This document shows, one piece after another, positions 1-9,910 of a stretch of DNA of 64,000 nt. The translations under genes and the position numbers were made by a program. The stretch is from assembly GCA_965224085.1 (NCBI GenBank), contig CBDCYI010000011.1, forward strand, positions 1,536,001-1,600,000, given 5' to 3'. Numbering within the stretch: the stretch's first letter is position 1; each line of letters starts with the position of its first letter. This stretch comes from Candidatus Marinacidobacterales bacterium (GTDB lineage: Bacteria > Acidobacteriota > Vicinamibacteria > Marinacidobacterales > SMYC01). The notes under the pieces are model-generated. The model was not told where the DNA came from. It did not search any database and saw only the letters and a list, made by a program, of their open reading frames with translations.

Positions 1-727
1 CGCGGCCGGGAACGTAGGAGATGAGCTTGGACGTGCCGGCGAGCGAGAAGACGCTCTGCTCGACGCGCGGAGCCGTCTCTGCCGTCGATTCCTTCGAACC
101 GTCCGGCAAAACGAGCCGTCCGTCCACGATCTGGGCGCCTTCCGGGATATCAACGATGTAGGCCCCCGCGTGATGAAGAATGCCCTGGCTGCTCGGCCGG
201 AACTCCAGTATCTCAACGAACCGATCCTCCTCGAACGGGACCTTCGAGTAGAAGTTGACGACGTCGAGCTCGCCCTCCGCCGGTATCTGGAACTCGATGG
301 GTAGCTCGAAGACGTAATCCGGTTCGCCGTGCGTCCACCTCGGATCGGAAGCGAATGCCGGAAGCTCCGGCGTGTTCGCATCGTTTCCCTTGGGCGCTCC
401 GGCCTCGACCCAGGCGACGATCGTGTCGATGTCCTCCTGAGAGAGGCTCGGATTCGTGGCGAACTCCAAGCTCGAGGCGGGATCGGCGCGCCACGGCGGC
501 ATGTCGCGCGAGACGACCGACCGCTCGATGGCCGCCGCCCATGGACGCACTTCGCCGTAGCTCACCAGCGACATGGGGGCGATCTGCCCCGGCCGGTGAC
601 AAGTGACGCAATTGTCATAGAGAATCGGCGCCACGTTCTTGCTGAACGTGGGTGCGGTCTCGGCGCCGATGAGGGAGGCCGTCGCGAAGAAAACGACCAG
701 AAAAAAGAGCGAGAGCCGGCTGACCAT
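1..727 (-). CDS. Secreted CxxCH cytochrome c / copper type II monooxygenase-like protein (often labelled 'thiol-disulfide isomerase'); runs off the window edge
   Basis: Not in ORF track (no stop inside window). Manual translation from ATG 727: MVSRLSLFFLVVFFATASLIGAETAPTFSKNVAPILYDNCVTCHRPGQIAPMSL...RPWA...MPPW...LHHA; signal peptide, CVTCH heme motif. Confidence 0.75.
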   Translation of the reverse strand, partial: MVSRLSLFFLVVFFATASLIGAETAPTFSKNVAPILYDNCVTCHRPGQIAPMSLVSYGEVRPWAAAIERSVVSRDMPPWRADPASSLEFATNPSLSQEDIDTIVAWVEAGAPKGNDANTPELPAFASDPRWTHGEPDYVFELPIEFQIPAEGELDVVNFYSKVPFEEDRFVEILEFRPSSQGILHHAGAYIVDIPEGAQIVDGRLVLPDGSKESTAETAPRVEQSVFSLAGTSKLISYVPGR

Positions 728-781
728 AGCGAGTCTCCTTTACCTGGATTCGGTTACGCTAACCCCCAACGTGGAGCTTCG

Positions 782-1141
782 TCAAGTGCCTGCGCACTCG
801 GCCGCCATGTGGCGAACCGACGTGATATTCACCCGGCTGTCCGGGCGTGCCTCGATGAGGAGCCCCTTGACTTGTACTTTGTGCCCCTCGTGTTTAGGCA
901 GGTCGAACGCTTCCACACCGATGAGGTGGAATCGGTTTTCCCCTAGTTTCTCGATGGCGTCTGCAGCCGCCTCTTCTTCCGGAGTCAGAGGGGAGATTTC
1001 CGTCGCCACCGGCTCTGGGGCATGCGTCAGGATCCACGTGCCCCCCTCCCGGCTCAAGCAGCCTATGGTGTGGACGGCGCCTACGGGCTCGTAGTGGCTA
1101 GTTGCAGCGAGAGCACAAAACACGGCGAGCATACGGACCAT
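782..1141 (-). CDS. Small secreted hypothetical protein
   Basis: MVRMLAVFCALAA signal-like start; GCL...W-L...HKVQVKGLL...C pattern seen in Acidobacteria hypotheticals; gaagggagg RBS. Confidence 0.6.
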   Translation of the reverse strand: MVRMLAVFCALAATSHYEPVGAVHTIGCLSREGGTWILTHAPEPVATEISPLTPEEEAAADAIEKLGENRFHLIGVEAFDLPKHEGHKVQVKGLLIEARPDSRVNITSVRHMAAECAGT

Positions 1142-1229
1142 GGGATCCTCCCTTCGTCGCGTGGCAGAGTAGCACAGCGTGCACCGTCGTGGGATAGTGC
1201 TGCTTGCGTATCGCGGAGCTCGCGGTCCG

Positions 1230-2516
1230 CTAGTCGACGACCAGGGTCGTCGACCACGCGATGGGAACATCGCCCAAAGCATATTCTTGGTGATCGTTGG
1301 TATTGAGTGAGACGCGAAGCTCATGCTCACCGCGAGGCAGCCACGGGATGTGTCCCCACGAGCCATACCAGCGAGCGATCTTGACACCGTCGATCTCGAG
1401 ATGCACGTGCCCCTCTCCCATCACGTGCGAAGCTCCTGTCCGCTCGGGGGTAAATCGAAACTTTTGGATGTGAAGTTCCGCGTTCCAACCCGATTCCGAA
1501 TCGGGTAGGAGCGCGACATCGATCGCGGGGTGGTTCTCTTCCGAGGAAACGTCCAGCTTCAAGTGACCGTGGGGCATCGACCCTTCGGAGCTTTCGTAGA
1601 GCTCCCGCGCCACGACCGTATAAGGGAAGATGAGGATGCCGAGGAGCAGCGCGAAGTTGATCGCTCCAAAAGCGACGCGTAGAGGCAGTCGACGATTAAA
1701 CGCGATCGGTGGTCGGTACACCTCTCCCGTGCCTCGTATGACGAAGACGATGAGCGCGCCGTGCAACAGCGTATGTCCGATCACTTCCGTTTTCCCGAGA
1801 ACGAGCGTCGTGAGCAAAAAGACGATCGTGATGGTCAGCGCGAGCGGTCGTCCCAAGACGCCGAGGATCAACAGATAGCCCAACGAAAATTCTACAAAGG
1901 CCGTCCCGAGGAGAAAGAACTCTAAGGGAACCCCAAAGCCAGCTGCGGATGCTCGTCGAGCAGCACGAGGCCCCACTGCGGGAAGATGATCTTTTCAAGC
2001 GCCACCCAGCAGAGCGAAAAGCCGATGGAAGCGTACAGCACGGGAAGGCCGGCCGCTCTAGAACGTTCACGAGCCATACTCACCGCAAGAAAAACGCCGA
2101 TACCGGGATAGTGCATGTAGTCGAGCATGTGGAAGAGACCGAAGCGCTGGATGGCGTAGAGATAGAGAACGATCATCCCCACCCCAGCGCTCGGAGTCGT
2201 TTTCTGAAATAGAAGGAGCGACGCGAGCGCGAACTGTAGCCAGCCGACCCAGGCCGAGCCGATTGGGAACTCGGGAACGAGCATCGCATCGCCCATCGTG
2301 CTGCATTCGGGTATCGAGCAACACGAGAGCCCCGATGGTGACCATACTCAGCAAAGTGAGTGCAAAGAAGGTCGGTGTCAACGCTTCATCAAGAGACAAG
2401 GGCATCGCATCGAACCTCGTCTCGACGAACCACTTCACGTGTCCAAGCGCTCGCTCCGCCGTTACAGCAAGCACGGCAGGTAGGACAAGGCAAAGCCACA
2501 ATCCGCGTCTGGTCAT
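1230..2516 (-). pseudogene. DoxX-like multi-pass membrane protein with C-terminal His-containing soluble domain; split over three frames
   Basis: Segments HVKWF (2067-2516 ORF), LEKIIFPQW (1922-2296 ORF), VEFSLGYLL...EVIGH...GEGHVHL...NDH (1230-1976 ORF); breaks near 2300 and 1927; may be sequence error. Confidence 0.65.
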
Positions 2517-2705
2517 CGTGGCGAATTATAAAGCGGCGCGTTCTTAATCGAGAAGCGAAGATTTACTTTTCGGTTTCCGCGCTCCCGAGTTCTACCCAAG
2601 GCGCTTCGCCGACCGTGGGTGCACTCACGATCTACGGCACGGCTCCCCGAGATCGTTGAACATATTCCGCCTTCACAACGTATCATGTCGATCGAGGGGC
2701 AAGCT

Positions 2706-3680
2706 ATGCTCGGTCTTCTTCAAGATATCCGGTTCGGGCTCCGGCAACTCGTTCACAGGCCCGGGTGGGCGCTGGTTATCATCTTCGTTCTCGCGATTGG
2801 GATCGGGGCCAATACCTCGATGTTCTCCGGGTTCGACGCGTGGGTGCTGCGCCCACTGGACTTCGAAGACCCCGAGCGCCTCGTCGCTCTTCACGAGAGT
2901 CAGCCCAAGCTCGACCGGCACCGCGGCAGCCTGTCGCCACGAAATCTGGGCGACTGGGCGGACGCCCAACAGTCCTTCGTATCGATCGAGCCGTTTCGCC
3001 GGCACCGATACAACTTGAGCGACGACGACGAGGTCCGGCTCGAGGGCGCGCGCATCTCGGCCAGTCTGTTTCCCCTTCTGGGGAAGCACCCGATCCTGGG
3101 ACGCACGTTCACCCGGAGTGAAGACGGGCCGGGCCAGCCGGGCGCAGTGGCTCTGATCGCGCATCGGATCTGGCGCGAGCGCTACGGCGCCGACCCGAAC
3201 GTCATCGGCCGCGTCGTACGGCTCGATGGCCGTCTCCACGAGGTTGTGGGCGTGATGGAGCCGGGCTTCGAGTTTCCCGAATGGGCGGAAGTCTGGACAC
3301 CGTTCGGCCTCGATGTTCACAGCGACGAGCGTGGCTACCGTTTTGTGAGCGCCTTCGCCCGCCTCAAAGACGGTGTGAGCCTTGAGGCCGCGCGCTCCGA
3401 TTTGCAAGCCATCGCGGCGCGTCTGGAAGACAAATATCCGGAAGAGAACGCCGGATACAGCGCGAACGTTTTGTCACTCCGCGAAGAGTTCGTTCCTCCG
3501 GTGATCCGGATCGCGATCACCGCCTCTCTCGCCTCGAGTCTCTTCGTCCTCCTTATCATATGCGCCAACGTGGCGAGCCTCATGCTCGCAAGGGCCTCGG
3601 CTCGCGGGCGCGAAAGCGCCCTCAGGACCGCGCTCGGAGCCAGCCGGTGGCATCTGATCCGGCACAACCTCGTCGAGGGG
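2706..3680 (+). pseudogene. ADOP/MacB-family ABC transporter permease, N-terminal part, truncated
   Basis: LLQDIRFGLRQL, LAIGIGANTSMFS, LLIICANVASLMLARASARGRESALRTALGA; similarity stops at NLVEG (~3680). Confidence 0.8.
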
Positions 3681-5688
3681 ACAAGAGTCCTTCAATGCTC
3701 TGGCGGCGGACCGCCTGGCGGTAGCCGCTCGTGAATAGCGGCAAGGACAAGTCGACCCCGAGCGCCCAATTGGTGTCGTTGGGAGGCGTGAAGTCGAAAT
3801 CGGGGAAGATCTCTCCGAGGGATTGAAAGGCGCCGAGGCCGCCGGCGCCGCCGCGGAACTGCTGCTCGACATTGGCACGGAAGACGATATCGGGGAGGTA
3901 GAAAGCGCGATCGGCCCCGGCCACGCTTCGCTGCTCTGCGCGGATCGCCGCATCGATCGCCATGAGCGCGGGCGACTGCGCGAGTGCTATCGCGGACATT
4001 GCGTCGCGCGTGTCTCGGAAATATTGCCGACTCGAGATGTAAGGATAAAACTGCGCGCGCACATACATGAAGGTGGGATCGTCGACGCCGACTTCTTCGG
4101 GCGCGAACGGCTCTTCGAGCGGCCGATGCAAAAAGCGGTTGAGCGCGATCTCGGCGACGTTGCGGTTGGCCGACGCGCGGATGACACCGGCTTGATCCGC
4201 CGCGAGCTGCGCTTCCCAGCGATAGACCTCGGCGCGGCCGGAAGCGCCAATCGCTTCTCGGACTTTCGAAAGCTCGAGGTTCGACCGGGTCAGCCCGAGA
4301 TTGTCTCTCTGGATTCGTTCGCTCGTGAGCGCGCGCATGACATCGAGATAGGTCGTCGTGGCCCGCTGCACGATGTCGAGCCGAAGACCGTCGCGGTCGT
4401 GCTCTAGAGCTTGTTGGACGTCTTCTTGGATCGTCTTGTTCGCCCAGGCCGGGTCCGAGTAGATGAGCTGCGTCAACGTCAAACCCGGCGCGAGAAGATA
4501 CTGAGCTTGCCCGCTGGCGACGGCGCGGTCCGCGTCGATGGCTTGACCGGCGACACCGAGGCTGAGCTGGGGCAAGAGATTCGATTTCGCGATAGGGATG
4601 TTCTGAGCACCCGCGGCAACTTCACGGTCGGCCGCCGTCAAGTCACGGTTCAACGCCTCGGCCTCCTCCGCGACTTGCGAAACACTCAGCCGGCGGCCTC
4701 GTTCCTCGCGCTCCTCTTGAATGAGCTCGGCCACGGTCTCGAGCGCGAAGCTAGGAAAAACGTTGATTCTGCGGGCCGTCGCCATGTTGATGACGAGCTC
4801 TTCCCGCATGACGAAGTCCACGCCGAACGTCGCCGGGTCTTCGCCGAGAAGCGCGCGCTGCACGTTCAAAGCGACGCGGCGTGCGCGGCGCTCGAACACG
4901 TCCTCGGTGAGGCTCATCAAAAGACCGCGCTCGACTTCACTCCGGCCGAGGCGAGAAAAACTCGGGAGGCGCCTTTCGACGAGACCTTCCGCAAGCTTCT
5001 CGAGCTCGCCATCGATAAGCTGCAACAAAGCGTTGACATAGACGGCCTCGGCATCTTCGGGGATGCGGGACAGGGCTTCGTCCGCGCGCCAGCGAATCTC
5101 GATGAGGGTCAGCTCGACATCGATCTCAGAGACCACTTCTTCGAGCCGTCGTCTGACGCCGGGAATTTCGTTGAGCGCGGGTCCGTGAAGAAGCACGAGC
5201 CTCTCGAAGGGCCTCAGGTTCTGAAAGACTTGAAGCTCCCGCCGGAGCGTGATGGACGAGGACAAGTAATTCAGGTTCCGAACGCCGCTGCCGCGCCCCT
5301 CGCGCGGCGTCCCTTGGATCTCGGCATCGATGATGACGGGTGCTATGAGAGGCTTCGGAATGTCGCGAAGCCGCACGGCGCGATCGGAAGCGATGATCCC
5401 CATCGCGAGCACGACGTCGACCTCCGGATCGCCGAGGAGGCGCCCGAGGGACGTCTCGACGGTGTCGACGCTCCAATCCCCCACGATGCGTATCTCGTCC
5501 GGGAAGCGTAGGTCGAACTCGCCTCGCATGAGCTCGATGAGCTCGCGCTGAAAGATACGCTCGATCTCGGCGTTTCTTTCCCACGGCCCGTCAATAACGA
5601 CCCCGATGCGGATGACCGGGGCTTGCGCAGCCGATACCGGCGACGCCGCAAAGGCGACCCAGGCTAAAAAGTAAAGAAGGCGCTTCAT
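3681..5688 (-). CDS. TolC/OEP-family outer membrane protein with N-terminal ABC substrate-binding-like domain; C-terminus truncated at a junction
   Basis: Signal peptide, LVINMATARRI (substrate-binding type end), AKSNLLPQLSL, LSLPLFTSG; ORF 3622..5688 but sequence beyond ~3681 belongs to the opposing permease. Confidence 0.75.
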
Positions 5689-6000
5689 CGGCTCTCCGCA
5701 GATTCGCGCTCAATGCGTCGGAAAATAGACGACTCCGGATTCTCCCGCTCGATACCGGCGATCGGGTAGCGGGAGTCGCCCCTCCGGAGATAGACGGTAG
5801 CGGTTCGGCTCAAGTGAGGGCGCTCATCGTTGAGTGTTTCGATGTCGGCGCGGAGAAACTCACCCCGACTCTGCCGCTGCTCGCGTGGCTTCATACGGAG
5901 CTCGAGGGCCTCCCCTTTCTCGCATCTTAGCTGTTGCCGAATCTCTTGGCGATTCGTCGGCGGGGGCCTCCCCTGGCTCTCTTCTTGCACCGAGGCGGGA
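5685..6000 (-). pseudogene. C-terminal fragment of an unknown gene upstream of the TolC gene
   Basis: Open frame ending in TGA overlapping the TolC ATG (ATGA); 5' part replaced by permease sequence at ~6000. Confidence 0.35.
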
Positions 6001-6003
6001 TCC

Positions 6004-6274
6004 GGGATCCGCCTGGCGCTGGGCGGCCAAACCCGAGACATCTTGGGGGATGGTCCTACGTCGCGGACTGACGCTCGCTCTGGCCGGAGCCGGTATAGGG
6101 CTAATCGGATCCGTCGCCCTGACCCGTCTGCTGCAGGGGATGCTCTTCGACGTCGATCCCTTTGATCCTCTCACGTTCGCAGCGCTTTCGGTGTTGGTCA
6201 TCGGCGTGGCCGTTCTAGCGGCGTTCCTGCCAGCGACACGGGTGGATCCGATGCGGGCGTTACGGATGGAGTAA
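6004..6274 (+). pseudogene. ADOP/MacB-family permease C-terminal fragment
   Basis: GIRLALG...(frameshift in G run ~6045)...MVLRRGLTLALAG...DPLTF...RVDPMRALRME*. Confidence 0.75.
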
Positions 6275-6362
6275 GCGCGAACCCAAGTGTTCCAGAGTTC
6301 GAGCTTGTGAAGCGCGTCCGTCATCACGCCGGGCGGCCGTAACTCGTGATAGCCGACGGAGA

Positions 6363-7796
6363 TCATGGGCGCCCGTACTGGAAGAGGTTGCGCTCTTTGA
6401 TCAGCGCGGCGACTCTATCCGGAACGAGGCGTTCCCACCCGGCCTCGTTTGCCTGAATCATCGCGAACACATCCTTCGGGAAGACCGAAGTGCGCTCACT
6501 TTCGACAACATCGAGGCCTTCGATAAAATGGTTTTCTACGAGGTAGGCGTATAAATGGTGCAAGTTTGGCTCGACGTGCATGTTTTCTGCCGTCACAAGC
6601 TCACCGGAGACCGGATCCATGATGGGATAGACGTAGAGCCGCAAATCGTTCTTGAACAAGCGACCGAATGCTTCGAGGATACCTCCCTCCAGGTCGGTGT
6701 AGAACCCCTCCTTGAAAAGCTCTTGAAGTGTCGGAAGGCCCATCACCTCGCCGATCTTTCGCTTCGTATGCTGGAACAGGTAGGAGGCTAAACGAAAGTC
6801 GCGAAAAGCATTCGTAATGAGCACGTTCAGCCCGAGTGTCGCTAACGTGTCCACACGATCGAGGAAATCTTCGTGACTGATTTCCTCACCCACGCTCAAG
6901 CCGTGGAGCGTCATCTCCGCCATGATTACGAGGTCATCTTCGTCGACGTCGTGCTCCGCGAGAAATCGAGTCCGCGCGCTTTGCATGAGCTCCATCATCG
7001 TATTCGTGACCGGACGGAAGCTGCCGCGGACGATGAGGAGCGGTCTTCGATAAATGAGCTCTCCGGCGTCGACGACTTCACCGTCGGAGCGAAACATCGT
7101 CGCTGCCGTCACGCCCCGTGCGACGAGCTCCAGAGCCAGAAGGCGGTGGTCCACGCCGTCGAACGCGGGACCCGTGCAACGCATCAGATTCACTTCGATA
7201 CGTTCCATCGACAGGCCATCGAGGAGCGAGTCGATCAGCGCCTCACGGTCGGCCGAACGATGGAACCCTCCGTGGATCAAGTTCACACCGAGGATACCGA
7301 TCGCCTCCTGCTGCTGGACGTTTTCGGCATCCAACATGCGCACGTGAATAATGATGTCCGACGGCGCGGCGCCCGGCGCGTGCTGAAATCGGAGACCCAT
7401 CCAGCCATGCGTCTCGTCGCTGCGCCGCATGTAGCTCCGCGCGGCCACGGTGTTCGCGAACACGAAGAACTGCGCAGCCGAGCCGCGTTGCTCGGCCAGG
7501 CGCTCCTCGAGTAGACCGTACTCATAGCCAAGCATCGTCAGCACGCGCTCCCGGCTGACGTAGCGTGTCGAGGCGCCATAGATGGCGTCGCTCACCGCCA
7601 TGTCGTAGGCAGACATGGACTTCGCGATCGTTCCCGCAGCACCCCCCACGCGAAAAAACCAGCGCGCTACCTCCTGTCCTGCGCCGATCTCGGCGATCGT
7701 GCCGTATCTGTTCGGTTCCATGTTCAGGCTGAACGCCTTCTGATGGGTATCCAGCTTGTCTTTTCTTGTGGGTCGTCCAGATGCTCCAGGCTCCAT
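6363..7796 (-). CDS. Conserved protein with nucleotidyltransferase-like C-terminal domain (family variously annotated nicotinate-nucleotide adenylyltransferase or 'TonB-dependent receptor')
   Basis: YGTIAEIGAGQEVARWFFRVGGAAGTIAKSMSAYDM, RGSFRPVT, GGILEAFGRLFK, WERLVP...IKERNLF. Confidence 0.7.
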   Translation of the reverse strand: MEPGASGRPTRKDKLDTHQKAFSLNMEPNRYGTIAEIGAGQEVARWFFRVGGAAGTIAKSMSAYDMAVSDAIYGASTRYVSRERVLTMLGYEYGLLEERLAEQRGSAAQFFVFANTVAARSYMRRSDETHGWMGLRFQHAPGAAPSDIIIHVRMLDAENVQQQEAIGILGVNLIHGGFHRSADREALIDSLLDGLSMERIEVNLMRCTGPAFDGVDHRLLALELVARGVTAATMFRSDGEVVDAGELIYRRPLLIVRGSFRPVTNTMMELMQSARTRFLAEHDVDEDDLVIMAEMTLHGLSVGEEISHEDFLDRVDTLATLGLNVLITNAFRDFRLASYLFQHTKRKIGEVMGLPTLQELFKEGFYTDLEGGILEAFGRLFKNDLRLYVYPIMDPVSGELVTAENMHVEPNLHHLYAYLVENHFIEGLDVVESERTSVFPKDVFAMIQANEAGWERLVPDRVAALIKERNLFQYGRP

Positions 7797-7943
7797 GACG
7801 CGAAACTTATCATGCCAGGCGGCATCTGCTGGAACGCCGGGCGCTGGCTGGTGGCCCGAAATAGAGCTCAGCAGGCTAACCGTCGTGGACGCTCCGATTG
7901 CCGCGTTGTAGCCCTTGCGTAGAGACGACCGGAGCAAGGCACT

Positions 7944-9653
7944 TCACGGCTCTGGATACACGTTCTTCCAGTCCTCCTTCATGTCAACCACCGTCCAGCC
8001 GCGGTCCGACGCCTCATCCAGTCCCTTGTCCAGTTGTCCGACGGGGGACGTGCGATCGTAGGCCCACTCACGCTCCGCGTCTGTGTGGTGGACGTAGAGC
8101 ACGAGCCTGGCACCGTGGCCGGCCGCGGTCCACTGCAGCATCTGCAGGTCGCCGTCGGAGTTGCCGAAGGCGGCGATCGGCCGGCGCCCGATGTGTGAGT
8201 TGATGCCGACCGGCTTTCCTTCCTTGTCGTCGACGAAGTTCAGCTCCGGCAGCCTCACGAGAACCGGCCGGCCGTCGCGAATCTCGAATTTCGTCTTGAT
8301 GCTCGACCCCACCACCTGCTCGGGAGGAATCCCGTAGACGCGCTCGGTCCAAGGTCGCATGAACTCGATACCGCCACCGGAGACGATGTACGTTTTGAAG
8401 CCGTTGGCGCGAAGGTAGTCGAGCAACTCGAGCATCGGCTGAAAGATCATCTCGGAGAAGAGCCGTCTCGTTGTCGGATGCCTCGCTGTCGAGATCCAGT
8501 CCGTGACGATTGTCTTGAACTCTTCAGTCGTCATCCCGGCATGGGTGGTCATGACGAGCTCGGCTAGCCCATGCCTGCCGAGCTCCGCCAGAGCCTCCAT
8601 GTCTCCTTCGAGCACCGTCCTGTAGGGCTGTTCCGTCTTCCACTCCGGTGGCCCGCGGGGACTTTCGCCGCTCACAGCTGCTTTTTCAGGCTCAGCGGGC
8701 TCTAGAGCTCCATCCTCGGAGCTCGCCACCGCGTCGGCATCGCCCTTCGTTTTCCTGGTCAATTTTTCTAGAGCTTCGACGAGCTCGGCACCAGACCCAA
8801 AGCGCTTGTCGCGTTCTTTCTCGAGCGCGTGGTGGAGAATCGGCTTGAGCTCCATCGGCAGCCCGAGGCTCTGCCAGTTCAGGGGGAAAACGGGCTCGTC
8901 GTTGATGATGCTCAACAAGATGCCTGTGAGGCTCGGACTGCGGAACGGTTTTTCGCCGGCGACGAGCTCGAAGAGAATGCAACCGAGGGAAAACAGGTCG
9001 GATCGAGCGTCCACATCCTCGCCTTTGGCCTGCTCCGGCGACATATAGTCGGGAGCCCCGAGAACGCCGCCGGCCATCGTCAAGTTCGTCGAGAGCTCCG
9101 ATTTTGCAATCCCGAAATCGGCGACCCATACATTCAAGGAGGAGGACACCAAGATGTTCGACGGTTTGACGTCACGATGTACGACGTTGCGCTCGTGCGC
9201 ATAATCCAGAGCGCTCCCGAGCTGCGTCATGATCTGGATAGCGGTTGAAAGCGGAACCCGACCTTCCGATTCACTGAGCGACTCGAGTGTGCGTCCTTCG
9301 ATGAACTCCATGATGATGAAGCCGCGATCTGGAGTGGCGACAATATCGTGGATGGTGACGATGTTGGGGTGCTGGAGCCGAGCGACGATGCGCGCCTCTC
9401 GCACGAATCGCTCGCGGACCTCGTCCGGGGTCCGGTCTGCACCGGGCGTGTCGAGCCGAACGCATTTGATCGCGACCGGGCGTTCGAGAATCGTATCGAG
9501 CGCTTTGTAGACGGCGCCAATGGTGCCCGTCGAAAGACGCTCCACGATGTGATAGCGACCTCCAGGAATCTGGTCCTTGGCGTCCACACCATTCACGTCC
9601 GATGACGACGCCTGGCCTTTCGGCGCATGGGGGGTATCTGATGGATCGGCCAT
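7944..9653 (-). CDS. Ser/Thr protein kinase domain joined in frame to the C-terminal part of a HAD-family hydrolase (probable chimera)
   Basis: VAIK, HRDVKPSN, DFG, YMSPEQ; after ~8650 PEWKT...IVSGGG...AFGNSDGDLQML; HAD motif I (DxDGT) absent. Confidence 0.7.
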   Translation of the reverse strand: MADPSDTPHAPKGQASSSDVNGVDAKDQIPGGRYHIVERLSTGTIGAVYKALDTILERPVAIKCVRLDTPGADRTPDEVRERFVREARIVARLQHPNIVTIHDIVATPDRGFIIMEFIEGRTLESLSESEGRVPLSTAIQIMTQLGSALDYAHERNVVHRDVKPSNILVSSSLNVWVADFGIAKSELSTNLTMAGGVLGAPDYMSPEQAKGEDVDARSDLFSLGCILFELVAGEKPFRSPSLTGILLSIINDEPVFPLNWQSLGLPMELKPILHHALEKERDKRFGSGAELVEALEKLTRKTKGDADAVASSEDGALEPAEPEKAAVSGESPRGPPEWKTEQPYRTVLEGDMEALAELGRHGLAELVMTTHAGMTTEEFKTIVTDWISTARHPTTRRLFSEMIFQPMLELLDYLRANGFKTYIVSGGGIEFMRPWTERVYGIPPEQVVGSSIKTKFEIRDGRPVLVRLPELNFVDDKEGKPVGINSHIGRRPIAAFGNSDGDLQMLQWTAAGHGARLVLYVHHTDAEREWAYDRTSPVGQLDKGLDEASDRGWTVVDMKEDWKNVYPEP

Positions 9654-9666
9654 GCCCAATGCACAG

Positions 9667-9681
9667 GCAAGAACTGTGCCG
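9667..9681 (-). promoter_or_regulatory. Putative sigma-54 (-24/-12) promoter upstream of the kinase
   Basis: CGGCAC-AGTTC-TTGC with exact GG-N10-GC spacing. Confidence 0.45.
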
Positions 9682-9834
9682 AACTGCACAGCAAAGCTCA
9701 TCGACAGAGGGCTTTTGGATTCAGCTGGTTGCGCGAGCTAGAGCAAAGAAAGCGCGCAAAATCGATGGGAAAAACGTCTTACAGGATGGTGAAATCCCTA
9801 CGTCCGGTGTTGACTGGCAACCGACTTACCAACA

Positions 9835-9874
9835 GGATGCATCGACGTACCAGACGGGATGCATCGACGCACCA
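9835..9874. repeat. Direct repeat GGATGCATCGACGyACCA x2, 22-bp period
   Basis: Copies start at 9835 and 9857, intergenic. Confidence 0.7.
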
Positions 9875-9910
9875 AAATGTGAAGTTGTTCTCGCGCGCGC
9901 CCTTATTTGG

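Noticed and set aside
2706-6274. A mobile element carrying tolC inserted into one permease gene
   Set aside because: No IRs, target duplication or recombinase; about 400 codons of permease are missing and the internal genes are themselves truncated
9835-9874. Tandem sigma-54 promoters (TGGTACG...TGC)
   Set aside because: Spacing is GG-N9-GC, not the required N10
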